From Eledone cirrhosa (taxonomy: Eukaryota), in assembly GCA_964016885.1 (NCBI GenBank), contig OZ024742.1:173166001-173230000 (forward strand): a stretch of 64,000 bases of DNA, in the 5' to 3' direction. The notes below the pieces were generated by a model, which ran no database searches, was not told the origin of the DNA, and saw nothing but the letters and a program-made list of their open reading frames with translations. Below are positions 40,618 to 54,207 of this stretch, piece by piece; the stretch's first letter is position 1, and every line of letters begins with the position of its first letter. A program made the translations under genes and the position numbers.

Positions 40618-40740
40618 AATATGGTTTTATAAATATAGTTTCCATTTGTTAATATCGTAATTTTACTCCAATTATTTGTTGAGTGCTTTATATTAGGTAT
40701 AAAAATATTTACTTGTTGTATCCCAACAATTTAAATAGAA

Positions 40741-40777
<37 letters not shown>

Positions 40778-40782
<5 letters not shown>

Positions 40783-41590
40783 GATAGAGCAATTGATGTG
40801 AGCAAGAAGTCAACAGTAATTCATACATATAAGTGACTATTACGACAAGATGGAACATATTTAACGTAAGATATGGGAAAATAATTCAAAAATCAATTCA
40901 AAGAAAGTCAAGACAGAAATTTTATCCACAGATTTTGTGTAATCCAGAGAAAAAAACCAATGGAGTCTTAACCCAGAATAAAATTAAGTGTAAATACTTA
41001 TCCTTCAATTTGGAAAAATCTACAAATACTCTATATAGACTTAAAAATACTATTTCACGAAACTTTTCAGTGGGCTTAGTCTTGGTTGGAGTCGTTCATC
41101 AGTAGAGCTCAACACGATAACTACAAACCACAGGTAAAATATGCCTAAAGGGAAATTAAAAGCAGGCTAGTTACACCTCGCGTGGAATTAAGATAATAAA
41201 CACACATGGAGCACAGGGCTAGTGACGTCAGAATGAAACGAATGACTGTTTACAAGAAACAGCAGTAAAAAAATTCTGAAAATCTCAACAAAAAATATGG
41301 AGTTCAGCATAAAGCAATATTATCGCGGTTTTACAAAAAAAACCCGAGATTAGTCACAAATAATTTTAAGCACTCTAGGAAAAATTCCGAGTATAAGTAT
41401 AAATGAAAATAGAGAAATTAATGTGAGCAAGAAGCCAACAGTAATTCATACATATAAGTGACTATTACGTCAAGATGGGAAATATTTAACGTAAGATATG
41501 GGAAAATAATTCAATCTCAATTTAAAAAAAATCAAGACAGAAATGTTATCCACAGATTTTGTGTAATCCAGGGAAAAAAAACAATAGAAT
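40778..41590 (-). mobile_element. Partial-tandem element (period 625) between (TA)n tracts, containing an HHR
   Basis: 40778-40961 is repeated at 41403-41585. Confidence 0.85.
41029..41107 (-). ncRNA. Hammerhead ribozyme, family H
   Basis: CTCTA-CTGATGA-ACGA...TCGT-GAA-ATAG(TATTTTTAAGT)CTAT-A-TAGAG. Confidence 0.8.
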
Positions 41591-41592
41591 CT

Positions 41593-41715
<123 letters not shown>

Positions 41716-42105
41716 ATGTGAGTGTGTGTGTGTGTGTATAAGGAGGGTGAGAGATGTCTTACCCGTTCGCTGTGATTATCGATGGCCATCGAAATACTTG
41801 TACTGACATGATGTTTTACTGCCCTGTATCGTGAAAAATAAGGATTCAATAATTATTCCGAAGCCTGGTCTTTACACGATTATAATTCCATAATGTATTT
41901 ATTTCATAACTCTATAATATTTCAAATTTGATAAAAGTATAACTTCACAATTTCATAATTTCATAATATTGTAAATTTTTCATTTATATCGTAAATTCCC
42001 TTTCTATGCTGTATTCTATACAATTGTAATTATCAAAATTGAACATTTTAATTTTTATTTAGTGATTCTGATTCCTTGTGTGGGAGTATGTATCACTATT
42101 TTGTT

Positions 42106-42295
42106 TGGTGAATTGGCAGTATCGGTAGAGGGGCGGACGCCATGCTTTGACGCATAGAGTTCCGGCCCTTCCCATTCTGAGTTCAAATCCCGTCGAACTT
42201 AACCTTGCCTTTCATCCTTACGGGTTCGATAAAATAAAGTACCAGTAATGTACTGGGTAATTGCTAGCCTTGTGCCAATATGTAGAAACAATTAT
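42106..42295 (+). mobile_element. Family 1 SINE
   Basis: Consensus match. Confidence 0.88.
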
Positions 42296-42527
42296 TTTGT
42301 TTCGTCGTATTTTTCTCGTATCTCAGTATTAGAAAATGGAGTATGTTGGTACTGACGAGCAGAACTGTGTTCGTTTCTTCGTTTCTAAATTCCTAAATGT
42401 ATTTATTTCGGAATATTTTCATTTTTATATTTCCGTTATCATGCATACACCGATGTTTATGAGTACGAAATATTCTAATTCTCGAAAAGAAACACCTAAC
42501 GATTGTATTTTCCAAAGATTTTTCGTT

Positions 42528-42597
<70 letters not shown>

Positions 42598-42806
42598 TAT
42601 GTATACGTACATACATAAATGTATACAGACTTACAGTAGTATGTATATATATATATACATACATGCATACATATATATATATATGTACGTATGGATTTAC
42701 CGAGCATTTATTATAATGCTCGGTTTGTTTGTAAACACACATCCCGAATTAAGCCGTACGTTGTTTAGCAACCATCATTGCCCTTTTGTTCAACACTGAA
42801 AAAGGG

Positions 42807-42849
42807 AGGATGTATTAGTTTCAAGCTTATTAGCTATCGTCAGCACCGT
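42807..42849 (-). ncRNA. Minimal hammerhead ribozyme, family C
   Basis: ACGGTG-CTGACGA-TAGCT(AATA)AGCTT-GAAACTAATA-CATCCT. Confidence 0.7.
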
Positions 42850-42991
42850 ATACCTTCCTGCCAGATGATTGAACGTCTGAAAGTATAAACATTCCTTATG
42901 CATATTAACAGCTGAGCCGTACGTATACATACTTATATTTAAGTAACAGCCGTACTAAGAGTGAGAAATGAAATTTTATTTCACTTTTTCC

Positions 42992-43041
<50 letters not shown>

Positions 43042-43050
43042 TTTTTTTTT

Positions 43051-43795
43051 TTATTTGGAAAACGTAAAGAAACACAAAGATAAGGACAACTCTTGCTCTT
43101 CAGCAGTCTGCTGTCGGTCGCGGATGTTTCGACGCATTATAGACAGTACATTTCCTCACAGTGCGTTGATATTTAAGAGGAGTAATTATCAGGAAAAAAG
43201 CAAAAAAATAAATAAATAAATAAAAATAAAAAGAGACGATAGCAAAGAGATGGAAAGAGAAAGAAAATGAAAAAAAGAAAGCCATACGATAGAGATGGGG
43301 AAACAGGAGACAGTAGTAAATGTATGTTGCAGTAACCAGTGGGAAAGATGGAGAAGTTAAAAATGAGACCGAACGTAAGTCCTGAATCCATATTAACAGC
43401 ACGTGGGAGGGCGAAGAGAAAAAAACGTTTGGTAATAGTGGTACGGGAGGAGAAAGAGAGGGGAGGGGAGTAGATAGGCGTCAAGAGAGAAAGAGAATAA
43501 GTGAGTTGGAGAGAGAGAGGAAGGAAGAGAAAGAAAGAGAAAGAGAGAGAAAGGAGGCAGGAAAAGAGTTAAACCAGAATTAACTACAACAAGTGAGATA
43601 GGGAGGATAGAACCGAGCGCACAGCAATACATTCATATGAATTAAAAGTGACAAGGGTGCTTTGTGGTAACTAAAAAATATTATTTAGAAAACGTAAGAG
43701 AAACACAAACATAAGGACAATTCCCGCTTTTCGGCAGTCTGCTGTGGGTCGCTGATGTTTCGACGCATTAAAGCCAGTACATTTCACCAAAGCGC
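43051..43795 (-). mobile_element. Direct repeats (period 630) with degenerate HHR-like motifs; probable inverted PLE pseudo-LTR
   Basis: 43051-43165 matches 43681-43795. Minus strand reads CGCT-TTGGTGA-...-GAAACATC-AGCG. Confidence 0.55.
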
Positions 43796-43859
43796 ATGCA
43801 TATATATATATATGAATGTGTGTGTGTGCCTGCATATACACTTGTACGCGTGTCTATCC

Positions 43860-44850
43860 AGAAGCAGGAACAGAAGACAAGAAGACCTGCAAATATTCCA
43901 TTCCATCATAAACAGGCTTCACGAAGCAATACGATTTACCATGGATTGTAATAAAAATGAACTACCGTTTCTGGATATCCTTCTCATTAAAGAAGGGGAA
44001 AATATCAAAACAGACCTATTTTACAAACCAACAGACACACACAACTACTTATATTTCCGATCAGCACACCCATCACATACTAAAAGGAACATTCCCTTTA
44101 ACATGGTAAGATGCATTTGCACCATAGTAACAGCCAACTCTACAGGGGGAAAGACTATATGAACTAAAAGGGTTCCTCAAAAGACAAGAATATACGGTGA
44201 ACCTCATCAATGCGGCCATCCCCAAGATAAAAAAAAATTAAAGGAAAACTCAGTTACCCCCTTTTGTCATCACTCACAATCTAAGGAATTTCAAAATTTT
44301 GAAAGCCGCTAAATGCTATCTCCCGATTCTCTAGCACTCCTCTAGAATGAATGCACTCATAAAAGACTCACAAATAATATATAGTAGAAGCCGAGCACCC
44401 ACCCTAAAAGAGCTGCTTACCAAGGCAATATGTACGTCTGATAATGAAGAAATGCGGGAAACCTCGATGCGGAACTTGTGAATACATTGAAGAGGCTGGG
44501 CAAATCTCCTTTAAAAGCAATGGGATTTTCAAATTTAATGCAAAGATGAAAAAAAAATAAATAAATAAATAAACAACTTAATTTACTTTGCAACCTGCCC
44601 ACAATGGAAATAATAGTACATTGGTGAAACCGAAACGGTTCTACATGACAGAGTTCGTTTACATAAACAAAAAATTAGGGACCCCTCTGTAAGAAATACC
44701 ACATGTAATGAACACTTGGCATCATGCGAAAAGGGAAAATTCACAATATTCCTCTTCTGTAAGATATGGTCAGACAACGAATATTTCCGGAAATATAAAG
44801 AAGAATTCTTCTTTAGAAAGTACAAAACGCTACTGAACACAAACAAATGA
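43860..44850 (+). mobile_element. 5'-truncated PLE (Neptune-type): RT thumb plus GIY-YIG, decayed
   Basis: IRFTM..LPFLDILL..TDLFYKPTDTHNYL..SAHP; IYFATCPQ..YIGET..LHDRVRLHKQKI at about 44580-44680. Confidence 0.9.
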
Positions 44851-45071
44851 TATCCCATCTTCCAATAACGAGATCCAAATAGAAGTGGGTGACAGGCACT
44901 GTTTCAAACATTTGATCCTTGAACAGAAGAACAACCCTCGGAGGTACAATACAATTTCACTCCACCGCCCCCACCCCTCAATGTAATATGTGAACTTAAA
45001 TACTTGAGTAGATATGTATGTGTATGTATTTAGGAATACAAGTATGTGTATGCATGTGTGTGTATGTATGC

Positions 45072-45115
<44 letters not shown>

Positions 45116-45134
45116 ACGTGGATATGTGTATGTA

Positions 45135-45272
<138 letters not shown>

Positions 45273-45287
45273 TATATATATATACAT

Positions 45288-45488
45288 ATAACGAAGGAAA
45301 TGTGGTAAGGAACCAGGTGGACCATAACGCACCAAAGTACTCAATACTTAGGGTAGTAGAGTGGGTAATAGGAACAAGTAAGACCCCGACGGCTGAGCTC
45401 AAGCCGTTTCGACGGCTTTATTCTGGACTCAGTCCAGAATTAGCCGTCGTAACGGCTTGAGCTCAGCCGTCGGGGTCTTACTTGTTCC

Positions 45489-45492
<4 letters not shown>
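45288..45492. mobile_element. Family B fold-back element in (TA)n
   Basis: Palindrome 45369-45491 centred on TTCTGGACT-C-AGTCCAGAA (45430). Confidence 0.88.
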
Positions 45493-45556
<64 letters not shown>

Positions 45557-45638
45557 AGTATATGTGGATATGTGTATGTATATATGTGTATATATATATA
45601 TGTATATATATATGCATATATATATATGTATATATATA

Positions 45639-45768
<130 letters not shown>

Positions 45769-45793
45769 TATATATATATATACATATACGTAT

Positions 45794-45824
<31 letters not shown>

Positions 45825-46589
45825 AATGTATATATATATGTATGCATTTGTGTGTGTGTGTATGTATATATAAGTATGTGTGAGTGCAAGTGTATGTGTA
45901 AATATACTCGAATATGTATATGGGCTTATTCCTTAATTTATGTTTTCTTGTTTTCTGTGTATGTTTATATGGAATGAAGTAAATATGTGAGCTAGCCTGA
46001 TCTCCCACCACCTCCCCTCCCAATCCAATATCAACAACATACATTTCAATGAACAAATAATCCAAAACTAAACTTATTTTTCTTTTTGCTGCTACCCCCT
46101 TTTTATCAAAAGACATGTATCTTACCCCACATTACCCCCAACCCAGCTTTAATATAGAACATTGTTGAAGGTTTTTTCTGTATAAATTTAATATAATTCA
46201 TTCAGCTATAAGAAAAGAATTTGAAAAGCATTTGGCCATTATATTTATTTCACCAAATGTCTATTGAAATTGAACCAGCAGGAGGGCACTTTCACAAGTC
46301 TTTTCTAAAATACTCCTTAAAAACCCCAACACCTTCGAGCTACACTCTCAATAAATTATCTTGCTTTTACAATTCTCTATTTTCTTTAATTTCTTGTGTG
46401 TGTATATATATATACTTTACTTCCTTTAAATCTTCATCAACACTCCTTCAATCCCACACGAATTAATGTCAATCTACCAACCCCCCCCCCCCCCCCCCTC
46501 CGACACACCAAAATATCATATATAGAGTCATACATCACAACACCACCTGCGATCGGTTTGACAAACGTCACCGACAAATGAGAGGAAGC

Positions 46590-47590
46590 TCTTCTGAAAA
46601 TTTATACTTATAAACCTACTTTAAAAATATTCAAAACAAAGTTTTGTGGTGTCATTCATGTTTTCCTTAATGTTATTGCTCCTACTTAAAGTCGACTTTT
46701 AAAACATGTGGGTGTTCCATAAACTACATCCTCGTTTTGTTTCACATCTATCTAGACCATAAGCCAAGTTTCATTTATGTTGCACCTCATCCCCCCCCCC
46801 TCCTCTCTCTGTCTTAAACATTTTGTTGTTCTTTCTCTTATATTTCAGTTATGAGTTGAAAGCAAAGCTTTGTACCCTAAAATAATAGATGCGCCCTGCA
46901 ATGCTACTGTGGGCTCTTGCAGTGCCAGCATGGGCCCCCCTGGGCCCACTTGCCATTGGGCAACCTGGCAACCTGGCTAGTCCACCACTGCCCATATATA
47001 TATATATATACAATCATATTATAAGAAGAAAGAATCAGTGTTACATCATAACATATTTAATAACATATTACACATGTTTCACTGTCGATCAGCGCCAGAA
47101 TACAGAGACAGGTTCAATCAATAATAGATCGCTCCTCGAGCTGATCGATAGTAAAATATTTGTAATATGTTATTAAATATGTCATGATGCAACACTGATT
47201 CTTTGTTACTTCTTTATTCTAATACTATTAATACTCTGTACGGCGAGAGCATCGCGTGCTCACCCGGCATACCGCATACGGACACAATTATCTTGCACCT
47301 CTACAGGTTGCCCAATAGCAAATGGTTCCCCTGGGACACATTGGGCAACCTGGCAACCTGGCCATTCCATCACTGCATGTATAGCAAGTGGGTCCCAGGG
47401 GGAACGCGGTAGCTTTGCAGGAGTCTAGATAGATGAGAAGCAAAACGAGCATGTAGTTTATGGAACACCCAAATGATTTAAACGTCGACCTGAAGTAGGA
47501 GCAATATCCTTAAGAAAGACAAGAACGACATCATATCATTTCCTATTGAACATTTTGTAAGCATGTTTATAAGTATGAATTTTCAGGAGT
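46590..47590. mobile_element. Nested inverted repeats (MITE-like and fold-back)
   Basis: Outer arms about 46600-46768 and 47422-47585; middle GC-rich arms about 46894-46960 and 47385-47420; inner arms 47028-47092 and 47140-47205. Confidence 0.7.
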
Positions 47591-48106
47591 TTTTTGTAGC
47601 TGTCTCAGTAGGCCAGCAGTAGGTACTAGGGAAGTTGGAGATCCTGGCCTTGGGTTCAATCCAGGTCAAGAAGTTTTTATTTTACATTACATAAAAAAAT
47701 AAGGAAAAGGATTACCGGGAACCATACTCCGACCAGGATCAAACATCAGACCAGGATTACCACCGTCTATGATTCCTCCAACTAGGCTGCCGAGACAGTT
47801 ACGAAAGTATAATGAAAATATTTGAAAACTGCAAAGCAATATATATATATGTGTGTGCGTGAAAGTTCTTGTAGACACCTGACTATAGGCATTGTTAGCT
47901 TAAGTGAAACTTAAAAGATAGGTGTGACAACGCCAGTAAGAACTTATTGATAGAATTCTCTCTGGCTGTGTTACTCTAAATGAAGCTTTTAAAGAATTCC
48001 CTTTTCTTTAAACCCATCATCAACCAATGACCTCCACCCATCCCAATCACCACTCTCTCCTACCACAGGAAAATATATAAATACCGCCATATTCCTTGGA
48101 CAGTCA

Positions 48107-48155
48107 GCTTCCTGATGATTTCCCACGAATGAAACAATTCTAGTCCTGTAGAAGC
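48107..48155 (+). ncRNA. Hammerhead ribozyme, family F
   Basis: GCTTC-CTGATGA-TTTC(CCAC)GAAT-GAAACAATTCTAGTCCTGTA-GAAGC, followed by (TA)n. Confidence 0.75.
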
Positions 48156-48165
48156 TTTTCTATAT

Positions 48166-48286
<121 letters not shown>

Positions 48287-48529
48287 AGTGAGTGTGAATG
48301 ACCAAAGGTCATTAGTGAAAGTCTCTGGATTTCGCAAAATACATGTTTTTTTATTTTATTGGAGGAGGTAAGATATTTTTCTGCAAAAATTTGATTGCAC
48401 CGTTTTGTTTCCACTTTTGAAAATGTTTTTATTCATTATGAAAATTAAATGATAGCATTCCATATGTAGGCTGGCCTCTTACATCTCCTGGCAACCAATG
48501 TCTTTAGACCCTAACGCCAATGTATATAT

Positions 48530-48600
<71 letters not shown>

Positions 48601-49125
48601 GTTTTTGTATGGTTGCAATAAATGCATCCGTAGGCGGTATGCCGTTTGAGCACTCAATCGGATGAAATGCTTTGAAAGAGGCTAAACATATCAGTGGACC
48701 TTGCGAATGAAGAGTCAGTTTCGATCTGTAATATAACCTGCCTTGAGCTGATCGTCGGAGAATCATATGTAATATGTTAATAAATTGTGTTTTGAAGTTT
48801 CTCTGCATCTCTGATTCCTAATTATATATAATATATATATATATATAAAACAGGAAGAATTTCCAAAACTGATCAGATTAGAGCAAACATTACGTGCGCT
48901 CTATCTCAAAATTATTTTTGAAAAGCTTTAGAAATGCGCAACCGGTAAAAGCTTAAAACTAAAACTGAATACTAACCAATACTTATTACTAATTTATACG
49001 TATTCCTAATTAAACTATTTTTCACTGGGAAAAATTCGTCGGCATTTTCTTTTCCTTTTACTAATATATCACAACTCGTGTGTTACACGTCTATTTTTTA
49101 AATATATCTATCTATATATATATAT

Positions 49126-49499
49126 ATATAAGATCAAAAGATGGTTAAAGGAGTTCCATATATTTTATTATGCGCATTTCAAAAACAAACATCATCAAGC
49201 AATAATATTTGTGTTTTCATCAGATAAAACAGGAGAACATGATATGAAGGCTAAAAAACACTTGTGGATAGTGCAGTTTTAAATCAACATATCAACAAAT
49301 CAACATATCAACAAATCAACAAATCAACAAATCAACATATCTTTAAAACTGCACTATCCACAAGTGTTTTTTAGCCTTCATATCATGTTCTCCTGTTTTA
49401 TCTGATGAAAACACAAATATTATTGCTTGATGATGTTTGTTTTTGAAATGCGCATAATAAAATATATGGAACTCCTTTAACCATCTTTTGATCTTATAT
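49126..49499. mobile_element. Perfect fold-back (158 bp arms) with HHRs and an (ATCAACAW)7 spacer
   Basis: 49126-49283 is the reverse complement of 49342-49499. Confidence 0.95.
49395..49463 (+). ncRNA. Hammerhead ribozyme, family I (mirror copy 49162-49230, minus)
   Basis: GTTTTAT-CTGATGA-AAACACAAATAT..ATGTTTGTTTTT-GAA-ATGCGCAT-A-ATAAAAT. Confidence 0.88.
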
Positions 49500-49585
49500 T
49501 ATGCATACTCCAGTCCCACAAACTGTAGAGTGCTTCTTATCCGATATCTGCATTGCTTTATTGTACTACAATAAAACTCACCTCC

Positions 49586-49638
<53 letters not shown>

Positions 49639-50286
49639 CTGTGTGTGTCCGTATGTGTGTGTGTACGCAGTTATGTCTTTCTAGGTATGTAAGTATGCAT
49701 TTATGTAAGTATGTATGTTTCTATCAATGTCTGTTTTAAATGAATCAGTCCAAGTTAGTAGAACCGAAATATGATTATTGTGATTGAAACACTATTATCA
49801 TATGTATGAAAATATTATTATCTTTGATTATAAATAAGGAATAATTAACACAACCTTATATGATTATCGGACGTTATATAATCTAACTTTATTTTATTTC
49901 ATCGTGTACAATTGTAACGTATTATACGAACATTTAATCAATTATGTGTCAAAGGTTTGTCGGTTAAATATGTTTATTAGTAACAAATAAATTCGCTGTG
50001 TCACTTATTTAGAAAATCTATGTTACTAATGCCATACATTACTGTTAAATTATCGACGAAACATCGATGAATTATCAGTGACATTTAGAAGATGTAATGT
50101 CGGTAGGTTATTTATAACTATTATTTTAGCAAATTTCTCGAAGAATTGTGAAGTATATGGCTAGGAATGCTTTGTAAAATTAGGTGCCATACATCAGTGT
50201 ATCGAGAGAGTGGTCATAAAAATAAAATAGTAGTTCAAACAAATATAACTTGAAAGAAAATAGTACCAGTGTGTACCCTTACTTAC

Positions 50287-50386
50287 CCTTTGCCTCATGG
50301 TTTCGGCCGGCAGAATAGAGAATGCATTGCTCCAAAGGACGGCGAGAAAAACGCGCTGGAGTGCCAGGAACACTGGAAGTCTCCAT
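50287..50386 (-). CDS. Candidate first coding exon (METSSVPGTPARFSRRPLEQCILYSAGRNHEAK)
   Basis: gcaATGG Kozak context, GC-richer unique sequence, and consensus donor AAGG|gtaagt in phase 1. Confidence 0.55.
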
Positions 50387-51023
50387 TGCTATAAGCTCTA
50401 CCACAAATCTATCAGGGAGCAGCCGATACTTGGAAATGTTGTGTTCATAGGCCTGGGGGAAGCAGAGACTGGACAAGTAGCCACGAAATGAAACAAAACG
50501 TTTTGTGTTTAGAAAAAAAGTACCGGAGTGCGGGTATTTTTAGTTGAAATAGTAGGCTTCGCCATATATTTTTAACTACACTAGTTTAATAATGGGGCGT
50601 GTAAACCCATTGTTACACGTTGTTTATCTGTCCAGTGGATTTATACATCCCATTAATAGACGCTTATAAGTACACAACAAGTTACGCCATGAATTTGGTA
50701 TATACCTTGTGCAAAGCCTGCTATTTTATACAACCGCAACGAATATTAGTTAGAAAATAATTTCTTACATGCAATACATATATGTTCATATATATATATA
50801 TATGAAGTAATTCCGTCGGAAAAGTCCAGGAAAAAAGAGTGCTCTATGTAGGTAACAGAGCTTAATAGTTATAAAATGTTTTTAAAAGAGCTTAAAATGT
50901 TCTTAAAATCCAAATTCAATAAACAGACCAGGATTTTCATTCTGAGGATTGAAAGCAAAATCTTTTGCTTTTAAGAAACCACTGGTAAATGGAATAATTG
51001 CCTTATGTTGTTTATTACATAAC

Positions 51024-51059
<36 letters not shown>

Positions 51060-51349
51060 TTTGTGTGTGTGTGAGTATGTGTGTGTGTGTATATGTGAGT
51101 GTGTGTGTGTCTAAAAATATAAGGTATTTTTCATTTTTCGTTGGTAAAATCAATCTTATAGGGTGATTATGCAAATCTTAATAATATAACTTACAGATAA
51201 GTTTGCCCAACATTTATAATTGAATCCTGCGATATAATATTCCGGGTATTAATCCATGAGTATTTTACAGGTTCCAGTAATTCATGGAGTATGTATAAAT
51301 CAATATATTAGAAAAACAGACTAAGGAGTGATTAGAAAAAACATTTTTA

Positions 51350-52080
51350 AATATACATTCTAACACGTGTTTCATAATCGTAGTTACGTCTACAGGGTCT
51401 CCGAGGGCTGGTTAAAGATACTAAGTACTCTAATCTCTCCCTCGCATTATATCTTTACTCAATGAATCTCCAGAGATTAAATACAATATTTAGAATTTCT
51501 AGTGACACTAGTATCGAGGAATAGAAAAGGAAGAATTAATGTGTTGACCCATAGGCTTGCAGCAATACTTGGTTCTAGATAAATAATATGCGATTGGCTG
51601 ATAAATAGCTAACGTATAGATCAAAGGGTAACATCAAATTGGTGGGAGTGGCTATTGTGGTAAATGATAAGCAGGCCTTACATTCATTAGTTTTAGTATT
51701 ATGACCATGACAGTTACAGATAAGGGTAATTGGCATTACTCATGTTTGTAATAAAACTGGTTATTTGAAAATGATAGAAATAGAGAAAATTAGAGGAAAT
51801 TAGACGTAAAATCATATGATCTAATCATGGATTATAATGAGAAAATGCTTTTAGATATTGTCTCTTACAGTTGAATATATTATCCTGTATAGGATTCAGT
51901 AAATTCTTTCCTGTCAATATTTCTAGTATTTTCATCACACAAAGATTACATTCTTTTCGATAGGGGTGGGAGAATCGTAGAATGGACCATATCATTCTAT
52001 ATTCTATGTTTTCAATTTCTAATTTGTTTATTTTTCTCGTCAAATGAGTAACTTTAGAACACTCGATAGTTTCCTCCTAT
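51350..52080 (-). mobile_element. PLE 3' remnant: GIY-YIG C-terminus plus UTR with a degenerate HHR
   Basis: WSIL...KECNLCVMKILEIL..KNLLN; CTGTAGA..GAA-ACACGTGT-T at about 51362-51396. Confidence 0.65.
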
Positions 52081-52432
52081 CGTGTAAAGACATGAGTAAC
52101 ATCATGTGGACCAATGCGAAATTACAAATGTCTATGTGATATTCAATCATACAAACGAAAACAAAACGAAATACATTTTCCTCTACAACCACACACTGGG
52201 CAAAAATATAATTTCATACATAAGGTTGGTATTGCATGATATTCAGGCCAAGCTGTACGACGTCTTAGTAAGTATTTATAAAATACCACTAGAAAGACGC
52301 AACAAAACAGTGAACGGAGAACAACCAAGTGTATTTCGACAAGGACGTGATACAGTAATACACTTTTGTAGAAAAAGAAAATACTAAATGTGTATGCGTG
52401 TGTGTATGTGTGTGTATGCATGTGTGTGTGAG

Positions 52433-52494
<62 letters not shown>

Positions 52495-53081
52495 GTTTTC
52501 ACGCTGGTAATTAAACAGTTGTTCAAAGAAGAATCGCATAATGATTTACCCGTAGTAAATAGGTAAGTTGCTCACGAATAAAGAACATAATACGAATAAA
52601 GAAACGCATTCAAAGTTCTCTTCATTTACTGCTTAGCTCATGTAATTTTGCGTGAACAGGTGGTTTTGAATAACATTGAAACCATATAAGCGTTAATACT
52701 CCCTAAGAATAAAGCACCTATACTCAGCAAGGATTAGCTGACTCTCAACATCCATACTAGCCCATCAACACTTCACCATTGATTGGGCAGCTTTGTATGG
52801 ATGCCCATAGGTAGTCACACACATATACACTTTTCAAGATTACCCAAATTATAATAAATGTGATACTTTGCAGAAAAGATGCAGTTACAGCATTCCCTCG
52901 TAGAATAAAGTACTACAGATTTCATAGTCCTGCGATTGGATATTATATTACGTACACAAAAAACGTATATCAAAACACGTGTCAGAATTTCAAATAAATA
53001 TCCATAAACGAAATACTGAATGTCTACATAATTGCCTCAGTGATTTTCTACAAAATTTGATTATGTGTGTGTGTATTTGTT

Positions 53082-53112
<31 letters not shown>

Positions 53113-53147
53113 TTTGTGTATGTGGATACAGGCAAGCAAATGATATG

Positions 53148-53239
<92 letters not shown>

Positions 53240-53242
<3 letters not shown>

Positions 53243-54207
53243 AACAAGGTTTAGTAAATAATGAAAAAGTTTCAAAATAAATTTTAAAAAATTGACTTTA
53301 CCTACTATAGTTACCTTTACCGATCGGTTTCGAATCCCAAAAATAAAACGTAGGCCATACGGCCTTCGTTGCAAAGAGAGATTCTCGTCAGAAGGTTCTT
53401 TTCATTCAAAGAATATAAAATTCCTGAATTTAAATCACAAACTAGCGCTATCAAAGACTGTTCCTGGGATGAGAGTGGATGATGTAGAACAGGTTTATCA
53501 AGGGCCGTAGTAAAGATAGAGGCAAAAGGAGGTAGGTCGAACTAGCCACCGCTGTTATCAGCAGCAGTCGGAATGACCCGGTTTGTTCTCAACGTATGTG
53601 GAGGTAGTAGTAATATGAAATACGTCCTTTCACGCACAAGGCGTCAAGGTACGCATGTATTGTCCAACCAAGTGCCAGTGTGGTTCAATGGCGGGTTAAT
53701 AAATTAACGAGCCAGAACAAATATAAACAAGGTTTAGTAAATAATGAAAAAGTTTCAAAATAAATTTTAAAAAATTGACTTTACCTACTATAGTTACCTT
53801 TACCGATCGGTTTCGAATCCCAAAAATAAAACGTAGGCCATACGGCCTTCGTTGCAAAGAGAGATTCTCGTCAGAAGGTTCTTTTCATTCAAAGAATATA
53901 AAATTCCTGAATTTAAATCACAAACTAGCGCTATCAAAGACTGTTCCTGGGATGAGAGTGGATGATGTAGAACAGGTTTATCAAGGGCCGTAGTAAAGAT
54001 AGAGGCAAAAGGAGGTAGGTCGAACTAGCCACCGCTGTTATCAGCAGCAGTCGGAATGACCCGGTTTGTTCTCAACGTATGTGGAGGTAGTAGTAATATG
54101 AAATACGTCCTTTCACGCGCCATTGAACCACACTGGCACTTGGTTGGACAATACATGCGTACCTTGACGCCTTGTGCGTGAAAGGACGTATTTCATATTA
54201 CTACTAT
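53240..54207 (-). mobile_element. 483-bp HHR tandem repeat (about 1.8 units) with a short inverted 5' segment; HHRs at 53313-53396 and 53796-53879
   Basis: Identical ORF-track peptides 483 bp apart. 54118-54207 is inverted. Confidence 0.92.

Noticed and set aside
53292-53993. Identical 72-aa ORFs (also 34815-35093)
   Set aside because: They are antisense to the HHR strand, start at TTG, and the frame differs between loci: by-products of the 483-bp repeat.
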